A DNA stretch of 64,000 bases from Eubacterium sp. (GTDB lineage Bacteria; Bacillota; Clostridia; Christensenellales; CAG-314), in contig CAVJWC010000001.1 in assembly GCA_963653425.1 (NCBI GenBank), positions 55,596-119,595 on the forward strand. The letters are read 5' to 3'. The translations under genes and the position numbers were made by a program. Below, piece by piece: positions 52,903-61,700 of this stretch. A model generated the notes under the pieces. That model saw only the letters and a program-made list of their open reading frames with translations. It made no database searches and was not told the DNA's origin. Every line of letters starts with the position of its first letter. Within the stretch, counting starts at the first letter, position 1.

Positions 52903-53020
52903 GCATAGCCGATACGAAAAAACAAATACAAAAAACAAACGAACGAAGAAAAACACAAGAAGAACGAAGAAAAATACGAAAAAGCAAAGAAAATACAAAC
53001 TAAAAGATACAAAAGAGCAA

Positions 53021-53059
53021 AGAAAAAGTCCCTGAGTTAACTTAACTCAAGGACTTTTT
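53021..53059. terminator. bidirectional hairpin terminator abutting the tRNA 3' end
   Basis: aaaaaGTCCCTGAGTTAAcTTAACTCAAGGACttttt, with one C-A mismatch. Confidence 0.7.
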
Positions 53060-53143
53060 TGGTGCGGCGAGTGGGACTTGAACCCACACGGGGTTACCAT
53101 GCGCCCCTTAAACGCACGCGTCTGCCGATTCCGCCATCGCCGC
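53060..53143 (-). tRNA. tRNA-Leu (class II), anticodon AAG by hand folding
   Basis: 84 nt with encoded CCA. Acceptor GCGGCGA/UCGCCGC, D-arm GCGGAAUCGGCAGACGC, anticodon stem UGCGU/GCGCA, loop UUAAGGG, 12-nt variable region, T-arm GUGGG-UUCAAGU-CCCAC. It aligns with E. coli tRNA-Leu(CAG) as I recall that sequence. Confidence 0.85.
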
Positions 53144-53155
53144 CCGAGTGACACC

Positions 53156-53184
53156 ATTATACAACCATTATATCCCGTTGTCAA
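53156..53184 (-). promoter_or_regulatory. consensus sigmaA promoter of the tRNA-Leu gene
   Basis: Minus strand: TTGACA (53184-53179), 17 nt spacer, TATAAT (53161-53156), 12 nt before the tRNA 5' end. Confidence 0.7.
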
Positions 53185-53318
53185 GCGTTTTTTTAATTTT
53201 ATACGCAATCTGAGCCTCTTTGTTTTCGCTTATTGTCAAAGGTTTTCTTAGATGCGAAAAAACCGTTTATCGTTCTTTTAACGGCTGAATTTTCGTTCTT
53301 TTTACGGTTTTCTACGCT

Positions 53319-54095
53319 TTATTTCCGAATAAGATTTTCAAAAGACGCTTCGAACCAGACGACGGGGTAAGCGAAAACGAATCCGATTTTTTCCGCAAGT
53401 TTAATGCTCGGCTCGTTTATGTCAACTATATGTACGAAAGGAACGTTGCCTCTCTTAAGAACCTGCTTTATAAGGAATTTCGAAGCGTTTACGGCAAGAT
53501 TTTTGTGCCTGAACTGAGGTTTCGTGAACATCGCTCCCATAGAACCGTCTTCGTGAACCAGCGACCAGCAGGCAATTTCGCCGTCGATATAGGTTGCGCC
53601 CGACGGGCGGGTGGATATTTCGCTTTTAATCTTTTCGAGACTGTGTTCGTTGCGGTAAGTATAGAAGTAATCGATGGTTTCCGCGCAATCGGGATCTATC
53701 GCCCGCACGTTATCGGGAAGATCGGACAGGTCTATGTCTTTTTCGGGATAAAGGTAGAGGTAACAGTCGTCGTGAAGAAGTTCTTCGTCGGTTTTATCGG
53801 CAAGCGTAAAGAGAACTTCCGCCACGTCTTTTCTTACGCCCGAGAAAAAGATAAGTCCGTTCGGCGCGAACACTTCGGTTGCGGCTTCGACTATGGAATT
53901 CCGGGAATAAGCGTTTATAAAAAACGTATCTGTATTCCGCTTTCTCATAACCACGCAGTCGGTTTCGCCGTCGTTTACCCATATATCGGGCAGAGGATTG
54001 TTTTCGAGAAAGCCAAGCATGTTAAGACTGTCGGTTTTATGTTTTTCAAGAAACTCTTTTGCCGTATAAGTTTCGTTTTCGGTAAGTTTTTTCAT
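53319..54095 (-). CDS. GNAT family N-acetyltransferase
   Basis: 258 aa. The C-terminal half (...MFTKPQFRHKNLAVNASKFLIKQVLKRGNVPFVHIVDINEPSIKLAEKIGF) looks like a GNAT acetyl-CoA-binding core. RBS ACGGAG. Confidence 0.7.
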   Translation of the reverse strand: MKKLTENETYTAKEFLEKHKTDSLNMLGFLENNPLPDIWVNDGETDCVVMRKRNTDTFFINAYSRNSIVEAATEVFAPNGLIFFSGVRKDVAEVLFTLADKTDEELLHDDCYLYLYPEKDIDLSDLPDNVRAIDPDCAETIDYFYTYRNEHSLEKIKSEISTRPSGATYIDGEIACWSLVHEDGSMGAMFTKPQFRHKNLAVNASKFLIKQVLKRGNVPFVHIVDINEPSIKLAEKIGFVFAYPVVWFEASFENLIRK

Positions 54096-54317
54096 AAAAT
54101 TCTCCGTATTTTCGCCGTTATCTTATAGCATAAAGCCGTGTTTTTGTCAAGACTTTTAAGTGCGCGTTACCTTCTTTATCGCCGATATTTTTACGGGAAT
54201 AAATCGTTTTTTTGTTTTTACCGTGCTTAAAATCGACGCAACACGCCAATAATCCTTTTATATCGACGGAGCTTTCGTTCGTCGGTACCGTATAATAAAA
54301 ACACTGCGGAGGTACTT

Positions 54318-54626
54318 ATGGAAATATCGTATAAAAAGGACAGAAGCGTTCTTATTATGTACTTCAAAGGCGAACTCGACGAATGTGCTTCTTACGCCGC
54401 CAAACAGACCATGGAAGCCATTATATTCGCCAATAGTTTCAGAACTCTGATTCTCGACCTTAAAGATCTGACTTTTATGGACAGTACGGGAATAGGCGTT
54501 CTTATAGGACGATACAAACAGCTGAAAATTCGCGGAATAAGCGCGTATAGCGTCAACGTAGGCGAAAACGCCGATAAAATATTCAGAATGTCGGGATTAT
54601 ACGATATATTCCCCCTTCTCGATTAA
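54318..54626 (+). CDS. spoIIAA: anti-sigma-F factor antagonist SpoIIAA (STAS)
   Basis: 102 aa STAS domain with DLKDLTFMDSTGIGVLIG (phosphorylatable Ser). First gene of the spoIIA operon. Confidence 0.93.
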   Translation: MEISYKKDRSVLIMYFKGELDECASYAAKQTMEAIIFANSFRTLILDLKDLTFMDSTGIGVLIGRYKQLKIRGISAYSVNVGENADKIFRMSGLYDIFPLLD

Positions 54627-54641
54627 AGCGGAGAAAAGAAG

Positions 54642-55085
54642 ATGAAATCAGACGAAATGACGTTAAAAATCAATGCAAATCCACTTAACGAAAGCTTTGC
54701 GAGAAGTACGGTAGCGGCGTTTTGCGCGAGACTTAATCCTACCGTCGAGGAAATAGGCGATATAAAAACCGCCGTCAGCGAAGCCGTTACAAACTGCGTG
54801 GTTCACGCCTACGATTATGCGGGCGGAGAAATAGAAATAACCACTCTTCTGTGTAAAGGGTGCGTTTTTATTACCGTTTCGGACAAAGGAAAGGGCATAA
54901 AAGACGTGGAAGCCGCTATGCAACCCTTTTATACCACGGGTAATTCCGACGAGCGTTCGGGAATGGGATTTACCGTCATGGCGGCTTTTACCGACGAACT
55001 TACCGTGCGTTCCGAACCTCAGAAGGGTACGGTCGTAAAGATGAAAAAATACCTCAAATCGCCTGCGGAGAAGGAGCGATGCTGA
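54642..55085 (+). CDS. spoIIAB: anti-sigma-F factor SpoIIAB (Ser kinase)
   Basis: 147 aa HATPase_c: EAVTNCVVHAY, DKGKGI, GMGFTVM. Confidence 0.93.
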   Translation: MKSDEMTLKINANPLNESFARSTVAAFCARLNPTVEEIGDIKTAVSEAVTNCVVHAYDYAGGEIEITTLLCKGCVFITVSDKGKGIKDVEAAMQPFYTTGNSDERSGMGFTVMAAFTDELTVRSEPQKGTVVKMKKYLKSPAEKERC

Positions 55086-55804
55086 ATCACGACGAAACCA
55101 TGGAGCTTTTATATAAAGCCAAAGACGGAAGCGAAGAAGCCAAAGAAAAGCTTATTTCCGAGAACAGACCGCTTATTAAAAGTCTTATAAGGAGATACGC
55201 GGGACGGGGAGTGGAATACGAAGACCTTATGCAGATAGCTTCGGTAGGTCTTCTTAAAGCCGTTTCCAACTTCAACGGCGACTATAACGTAAGATTTTCC
55301 ACCTACGCCGTTCCTATGATTCTCGGCGAGGTCAAAAGGTTCATCCGCGACGACGGAAGCATAAAGGTTTCACGGTCGGTAAAAACCCTTTCGTGCAGAA
55401 TTTACCGTTATATCGAACGTTGCCGTATGAACGGAGAAAAAGATCCTTCGATTTCCGAAATCGCCGAATATTTCGGAGTAACGGAAAACGACGTCGTTTT
55501 TGCGATGGATTCGAGGAAAGAACCCGTTTCGCTGTTCGAAAAAACCGACGACGGCGACGAACAGGGAACTTCCCTTATCGACAGACTGGGAGACGGTTTC
55601 CGCGAAGACAAGCTCATAAATAAAGTTATATTAAAATCCCTAATAGAAGAGCTTTCACCGAGAGAAAAGAAAATAATTCTTCTTCGGTTTTACAGAGATA
55701 TGACGCAAAGCGAAATCGCGCGTCTTCTCGGAGTATCTCAGGTTCAGGTATCCAGACTGGAAAACAAAATAATAGAAAAACTTCGCTCGGGAATGAAAGA
55801 ATGA
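55079..55804 (+). CDS. sigF: sporulation sigma factor SigF
   Basis: 241 aa. Sigma-70 regions 2-4 (YEDLMQIASVGLLKAVSNF, FSTYAVPMILGEVKRFIRD, MTQSEIARLLGVSQVQVSRLE). Overlaps the spoIIAB stop. Confidence 0.93.
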   Translation: MLNHDETMELLYKAKDGSEEAKEKLISENRPLIKSLIRRYAGRGVEYEDLMQIASVGLLKAVSNFNGDYNVRFSTYAVPMILGEVKRFIRDDGSIKVSRSVKTLSCRIYRYIERCRMNGEKDPSISEIAEYFGVTENDVVFAMDSRKEPVSLFEKTDDGDEQGTSLIDRLGDGFREDKLINKVILKSLIEELSPREKKIILLRFYRDMTQSEIARLLGVSQVQVSRLENKIIEKLRSGMKE

Positions 55805-55811
55805 ATGCAAA

Positions 55812-55846
55812 CCGCCTGATAAAAGACGATCGGGCGGTTTATTTTT
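55812..55846 (+). terminator. intrinsic terminator after sigF
   Basis: CCGCCTGAT-aaaagacg-ATCGGGCGG followed by TTTATTTTT. Confidence 0.75.
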
Positions 55847-55865
55847 CGTCCGTTTGCCCATAATA
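55837..55865 (+). promoter_or_regulatory. candidate sigmaG-type promoter for spoVA genes
   Basis: GTTTA (55837-55841), 17 nt spacer, CATAATA (55859-55865). The -10 matches the sigmaG CATxxTA pattern as I recall it. Confidence 0.35.
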
Positions 55866-56000
55866 ATAAAAACGAAAAAAGCGGAGGAAAAGGCGTGAAA
55901 GAAACTTATAAAGAAAGAACGAATATATACAGGGATTTCGAGAAAAACGCGGACGTCAGGGAAACCCGGTATAAAGAGCGCGCTGAAAAGGATATAAGAA

Positions 56001-56564
56001 ATGAAAGATAAAGCTCGGCTCGGAAAACGCGGAACGAATAGGGAGGACGATAAAGGCAGATACAAAAACGCTTGCGTAAAAGGGAAAGACGACAGCGTTA
56101 AAACGCGGGGAAGGGATTTCCCCGTCATAAACGAAGACAACTACAAAGACTACGTTTCAGCGGTTTCGCCCAAGTCGAGGCATTTCAGGAACATAGTCTG
56201 GGCTTTTTTAGTCGGCGGAAGCATTTGTCTTTTGGGACAGGCAATAATCGAAATCTTCGTTTCGTTCGGATTTCCCCGTGAAGATTCCCAAGGCTTTGCG
56301 TCGTGTATTCTGGTAATTCTTGCCGCAATTGCCACGGGTGCTGGCGTTTACGACAGGCTGGGAAGATTTGCCGGCGCAGGTTCTACCATTCCCATAACGG
56401 GCTTTTCCAACGCCGTTGTCGCGCCCGCTCTCGAATATCGTTGCGAAGGAATGATATACGGCATAGGAACGAGAATGTTTTTCGTTGCCGGTCCCGTAAT
56501 CGTAAACGGAGTCACGGCAGCCATTATCGTTGCGCTTATAAAGTGGCTTTTTCGCGGACTTTAA
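56001..56564 (+). CDS. spoVAC: SpoVAC with about 40-aa basic N-terminal extension
   Basis: The core ...NIVWAFLVGGSICLLGQ...GAGSTIPITGFSNAV... is canonical SpoVAC. The only in-frame ATG/GTG/TTG upstream of the core is the ATG at 56001. Confidence 0.85.
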   Translation: MKDKARLGKRGTNREDDKGRYKNACVKGKDDSVKTRGRDFPVINEDNYKDYVSAVSPKSRHFRNIVWAFLVGGSICLLGQAIIEIFVSFGFPREDSQGFASCILVILAAIATGAGVYDRLGRFAGAGSTIPITGFSNAVVAPALEYRCEGMIYGIGTRMFFVAGPVIVNGVTAAIIVALIKWLFRGL

Positions 56565-56575
56565 TCGGAGGTAAG

Positions 56576-57610
56576 ATGTCAGGGAGCAGAGGACAGTGTT
56601 TGTTTTTTAACGGCGTTTATATAAAGTGCGGATATACCGTCGCGGGGCCCAAGGAGCAGGAAGGAAGACTTCACGACAGATTCGACGAAGCCCTCAGCGA
56701 CGACAGGTGCGGAGAAGCTTCCTTTGAAAAAGCCGAACGCCGTATGTTCAGGGACGCCATAAACGGAGTTGCAAAAAAATCGGGTATAGATATAGACGGC
56801 GTTCAGACGGTCGTAGGCGGAGACCTTCTGAATCAGATAATTTCCACGTCTTTTGCCGTAAAGGGATTGAATTCGACTTTTATAGGTCTGTATAACGCCT
56901 GCGCAACCTTTGCGGAAAGCCTTCTTGTAGGCGGAAGTCTGATTTCGGGCGGATTTAAGGACAACGTCGTTTGTATCGCGGGAAGTCATTTTTCAACGGC
57001 TGAAAGACAGTATCGTTACCCGTTGGAACTCGGCGTTCTTCGTTCGCCCGAAAGTCAGTGGACGGCAACGGGTGTCGGCGCGACTTTACTCGTTAAAGGC
57101 AAAGAAAGAGCCAACGAAAAAGGACGGAAGATTCTCGTTAAAGGCGGAGCTTTCGGCAAAGTTGTGGATTACGGCATAACCGACGTAAACAACATGGGAG
57201 CGGCTATGGCGCCGGCTGCCGCGGATACGCTTATACGTTTTTTTTCCGAAACGGGAACCAAGGCTTGCGATTACGATCTTATTGCGACGGGCGACCTCGG
57301 GTTTCTCGGAATGGAAATAATGATGGACCTTATGGAGAAAAAAGGTTATCCCTTAGGCGAAGAGTATATGGATTGCGGAGCTTCGCTTTATTACGAAAAA
57401 CAACAAACCTATCAGGGAGGAAGCGGAGCCGCGGCTTCGGCTATGGTTTTTAACGGCACGCTTCTCGACAGGCTTTATAAAGGAAGCTTTTCCGATATGC
57501 TTCTCGTGGGAACGGGCGCGCTTATGTCACCGCTTACCTGTTTTCAGGGCGAGAACATCCCCGTTATCGCGCATATCGTGCATATAGGCGCGGACGAATC
57601 TCCGTCGTAA
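56576..57610 (+). CDS. spoVAD: SpoVAD
   Basis: 344 aa thiolase-like fold (...YTVAGPKEQEGRLHDRFDE...SFEKAERRM...). The ATG at 56576 has GGAGGT upstream and follows the spoVAC stop. The longer track ORF from 56303 overlaps spoVAC out of frame. Confidence 0.9.
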   Translation: MSGSRGQCLFFNGVYIKCGYTVAGPKEQEGRLHDRFDEALSDDRCGEASFEKAERRMFRDAINGVAKKSGIDIDGVQTVVGGDLLNQIISTSFAVKGLNSTFIGLYNACATFAESLLVGGSLISGGFKDNVVCIAGSHFSTAERQYRYPLELGVLRSPESQWTATGVGATLLVKGKERANEKGRKILVKGGAFGKVVDYGITDVNNMGAAMAPAAADTLIRFFSETGTKACDYDLIATGDLGFLGMEIMMDLMEKKGYPLGEEYMDCGASLYYEKQQTYQGGSGAAASAMVFNGTLLDRLYKGSFSDMLLVGTGALMSPLTCFQGENIPVIAHIVHIGADESPS

Positions 57611-57814
57611 CGCATCGGTTTCCTTTGTCGCAAAGCCTTAGCGAAAGCCTTTTTGTCTACCCGTTCGCTAAAACTCTTTCAGAGGCGAACGTAAGCCCGT
57701 TGTCTGACGCATTCAAAGCTATTTCCATTAACTAAACGGAGCGTAAAGTCTTCGCGAAAAACGACGAACTCAGCTCAGAAACGAAAACTGTTTGTAATTA
57801 CGAGGAAAACGGTA

Positions 57815-58174
57815 ATGATATATCTCAAAGCTTTTTTAATAGGCGGACTTATCTCTGCCATCGGACAAATTTTAATAAATCTCACTAAACTCACCAACGG
57901 GAAAATTCTCGTTATTTTTCTCGTAAGCGGATGTATTCTCGAAGGCTTAGGACTTTACCAGCCTCTCGTAAAATGGGCGGGAGCGGGGGCGTCCGTGCCT
58001 ATTTCGGGGTTCGGAAGCAGTCTCGTCAAAGGTGCGTACGAAGGAATGGAAAAGGAGGGCGTTTTCGGTCTTATAAAGGGCGGACTTTCGGCAACTTCGG
58101 CGGGCGTGTCGGTAGCGATTTTATTCGGTTACGCCGCGGCTCTTATTTTCAAGCCCAAAACCAAAGCCAATTGA
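57815..58174 (+). CDS. spoVAE: SpoVAE(b)
   Basis: 119 aa, FLIGGLISAIGQ...GAGASVPISGFGSSLVKG (paralogous to SpoVAC). Confidence 0.9.
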   Translation: MIYLKAFLIGGLISAIGQILINLTKLTNGKILVIFLVSGCILEGLGLYQPLVKWAGAGASVPISGFGSSLVKGAYEGMEKEGVFGLIKGGLSATSAGVSVAILFGYAAALIFKPKTKAN

Positions 58175-58334
58175 CTGTTCCGCGCTTTTCTTAATTTCGC
58201 GTAAGCCTCGTTTTCCGCAACGTTTCGCGGAGTTTATGAGGCTGTTACATATAGTTTTAAGCTTATCCGTAAAGGGCGTTTTACGTCGTAAAACGTTAAG
58301 TCTTATTTCTTCGTTCTCTCTATGCCCGAGTTTC

Positions 58335-58535
58335 GCGAGCGGAGCAAACTGCAGACGTGTTTAATGAGCATAGTAAGCAACGCAGGCGATTTCTTATGAG
58401 CCGATAATTAGTCGGCGATTTTCAGCGAGCAAAGTAAGTTGCAGACGATTTTAATGAATGGATTAAGCAACGCAGACGATTTTTAATGAAAGAATAAGTA
58501 ACAGACGATTTTTAAGCAGCAGAGCAAGTACCTCA
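58335..58535. repeat. six-unit degenerate tandem repeat, about 30-bp period
   Basis: The core GCAGACG(A)TTTTAATGA recurs at 58351, 58382, 58412, 58441, 58472 and 58501, each preceded by AAGTAAGCAAC-like sequence. Confidence 0.85.
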
Positions 58536-58551
58536 ATAAAAATCACTATAT

Positions 58552-58577
58552 AAAAAAGGCTCCGCAAATGCGGAGCC
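58552..58577 (-). terminator. intrinsic terminator of the subtilase-LRR gene (possibly bidirectional)
   Basis: GGCTCCGC-attt-GCGGAGCC followed by TTTTTT on the minus strand. Confidence 0.8.
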
Positions 58578-58594
58578 TTCGCCTTTCGGCTTGT

Positions 58595-58706
58595 TTAATC
58601 GTTTGTTTTGCGATTGGCTATTTAATCGCTTTTACGATTGGTTGTTGTTGCTTAATCGCTTGTTTTACGATTTGGTTTTAATTAAATCGCTTATTTTACG
58701 ATTATG
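58595..58706. repeat. four-unit tandem repeat; first unit is the 3' end plus stop of the subtilase gene
   Basis: Plus-strand units TTAATCG(C)TT(G)TTTTACGATTGG start at 58595, 58622, 58652 and 58682 (period 27-30). The unit at 58682-58706 contains codons ...IIVK and the stop. Confidence 0.85.
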
Positions 58707-61700
58707 TTTTTGAAGTAAGTTCTCCAGATGTAGTTGGTGTAAGAAACGTCGCTGCTTACGTAAATCTTAACGCCTTCGTTTCCGTTTGCTTCTTCGATGT
58801 TATTTACGAACTGGTTATAGAGGTATCTTGCGCCGTCTCTGTAATAGCTCTGAAGAACGGGTGCCTTTTCGGATTTGAAGGTGATTTCGGTAAGAGCCGT
58901 GCAACCGAAGAATGCTCCGTCGCCGATATAGCCGAGGCTTTCGGGAAGAACTACGTTCTTAACGGTCGTATTTCCTGCGAAAGCTTCTGCGTCTATCTTA
59001 ACGATTCCTTCGGGAAGAGTTACGTTTGCTTCCGTTCCGAAGTATCTGTAGAGAACGGTCTTGTCTGCGTTATAGAGTCCGTCTTCGAATTCGGTGAGAA
59101 CTTCACAGCCGTTAAGTTCAACGGAAGCAATGTTGGTGGAACCGAAGAATACTCTGGAGAAGTTGAATTCTGCTACGGCTCCGAGCGTTACCTTTTCGAG
59201 GGTTTCTATTGCGCCGAAAGCTTTGTTTCCGAGGTATTCCGCATTGTTTACGGTAACTTCGGTGAGCTTGGTTGCATAGAAAGCGTTGTCGTCGATTTCA
59301 ACGAGATCGTCGCTCAGAACTATTTCTTTAAGTGCCGAGTAAGCGAATGCTTTTTCACCGATGCTCTGAACCGCGGGTAGAACTACCTTTTCGAGGTTGG
59401 GCGCGCCCATAAACGTTCCTGCGGTGATTGCGGTAATGCTTTCGGGCAGTACGAGTTCGGCTACGGTGCTTGCCGTCGGGTAAAGAAGGATAGCCGTTTC
59501 TTCCTTGTTGAAGAGAACGCCTTCTACCGAAGCAAAGTATGCGTTGTTCTCGTGAACGACGATTTCTTCGAGAGCGTCACAGCCCGTGAAGGTTCCGAGC
59601 GCGTCGAAGTAACCGAGTTTTTCGCCGATGTAGAAAGATTTAAGAGAGGTGCAGTATGCGAACGCGTTGTAGCTTTCTCCTTCGAAGCTCATTACCGATT
59701 CGATGGTTTCGAGAGCGGGGAAGTAAACCGATTCGATCTTGTCTGCATAGCAGAAGGAAGAACCGGTGAGAATCTGTACGTTTTCGAGTTCGAGTTCGGT
59801 AAGACCGGAGTTCTTAAACGCGTAGTCGCAGATAACCATTACGTTATCGATACCCGTAATTTCTCTGAGAGCGGGCGTATTGCTGAAAGCTCCCATACCT
59901 ATCGTCTGAGAATCGGTGTTGAGGAAGGTTACCTTTTCGAGTTTTTCGCAGTTTACGAACAGATAAGGCACGTCTGCGGTAATGTACGCAGGAACTTCGA
60001 TTTCAACGAAACCTGTGCCGGAATAGAAGCTTTCGTAAGTTTCCACTTCGACGTTTTCGCCGATAACGATTTCGGTAAGGTTATGGCAGTCCGTCCAGAC
60101 GCCAGAAGCTATTCTCTTGGTGTTTTCGCTCGTTACGAAGCTCGTTATAGCCGTTCCCGCAAGAGACTGCGTTTCGAATACTTCGATGTTTTCGATGTTG
60201 ATTTCTTTAAGGTTGGTGTTTCTGTAGAAGCAATATGCGGGCAAAGTCTTCAGCTGACTTCCGAGTTTAACTCCCTGAAGGAGAGTCTTGTCGTAGTCGG
60301 CAGAAACGAACGTGGATCTGAGATTCCAGTAATAACCTCCGCCGTATTCGCTTTCGGGACGGATACCGTAATCAGGTTTAACGTATTCGGGAACGTATTC
60401 GGGAATGGAGAATGCTCTTTCGTTAAGTTCGGTTATGGTTTCGGGCAGTTCGAGTACGCCGTCATAATCCCATGCAAAGGGCTTATACAGCGTGGTCTTT
60501 TCTGCGTTGTAAACGAGGCCGTTTTCGTCTTTAACGAGTTTGTCGTTACCTTCGAGAACGTTAAATCCGCCTGCAAGCAGATTGCTTCCGCCGAATGCTA
60601 AATTACCGATATAACCGATAGTTCCGCCGAAAGATACGTTGGAAAGCTTGGGACAGTCCGCAAACGCGAAACCGTCAATCATTCCTACGTCTTTTTCGAA
60701 GATAACTTCTTTAAGGCTCATAAGAGAAGAGGTTGCCTGACTGTACTGTTTGGGATAATACGGACCGTTATCCGAAATACCGCCTATACGGGTTACGTTG
60801 CCGTGGAAGACTATTCTTTCGAGCTTATCGCAGAAAGTCAGAGAGTAAGCTACTCCCATAGACGCACTGATGTGGCTTTCGAGAATATTAACGTTACCCA
60901 TAAATTCGACTTCTTTAAGAGAGTCGTTGAACATAACGGAACTCTGCATAAATTCGACGTCGCCGAGGAAGGTTACCTTTTCGAGGTTGGGACATACGGC
61001 TACGGAGAAGCCCAGACTGAGAGCGGTGCTTGCCTTGGGGAAGGTAAGAGTCTTAACGCCGAGACCGTTGAACGAGAAGGCTGCGTTGTTGATGCTGGTG
61101 TTTTCGAGATCGAGAGAGGTAAGCTTGGGAAGCGTACATACGGAAATGCCTTCCAGTCTTTCCAGAGTTGTGGGAAGAATGAGTTCAGTGAGGTTATAAA
61201 GATTCATAATGGAATAACCGTTTATGATCTTAACGCCTTCGGGAAGCACGATCTTGGTGATTCTGCTGTCGCCGTTGAAGACGAACGCGCCTATAGAGGT
61301 AACGCCGTCGGGTACTATAACTTCTCCGCCTTCACCGTTATAAGCCTTAAGAACGCCGTCTTCGATAACGAATTCTTCTGCTTGTTCTTCTTCGTTTTCG
61401 GAATTAACGACTGCGCCGTTCATTGCGACGGAGCTGTCAAAGCTGTTGTAAGTACGTACTTCCGTGTAGGAAGGATCGTTTACGTCGTAGTAAATTACGA
61501 AGTTGTCGGTGCGGTATTTAACTGCAAGAGTGCGGTTGTCGTTGCCAGTAATAACAGCGTTTGCGTTGTTTTCACCGCTATCGGGAAGTTCGATTTCGTA
61601 AACCGAAACGTTTCTTGCGTAGTCCACGAGCTGAACGGCAAAGGTGTTATTTACAACGTTAGCCATATAATCGGTAACGTCTATGGAGTAGGAGTAACTT

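Noticed and set aside
54096-54317. A sigmaH promoter and 0A boxes upstream of spoIIAA.
   Set aside because: Only partial matches were found (ATCGACG twice, 5/7 to the reverse 0A box; a TATAAT at about 54286-54291 without a convincing -35 or sigmaH -35/-10 pair). This is too weak to annotate without experimental or comparative support.
58335-58706. CRISPR array hypothesis for the ~30-bp-period repeats.
   Set aside because: The units are contiguous with no unique spacers between them. The copies are degenerate rather than near-identical. There is no palindromic repeat core, no leader, and no cas genes in the window.
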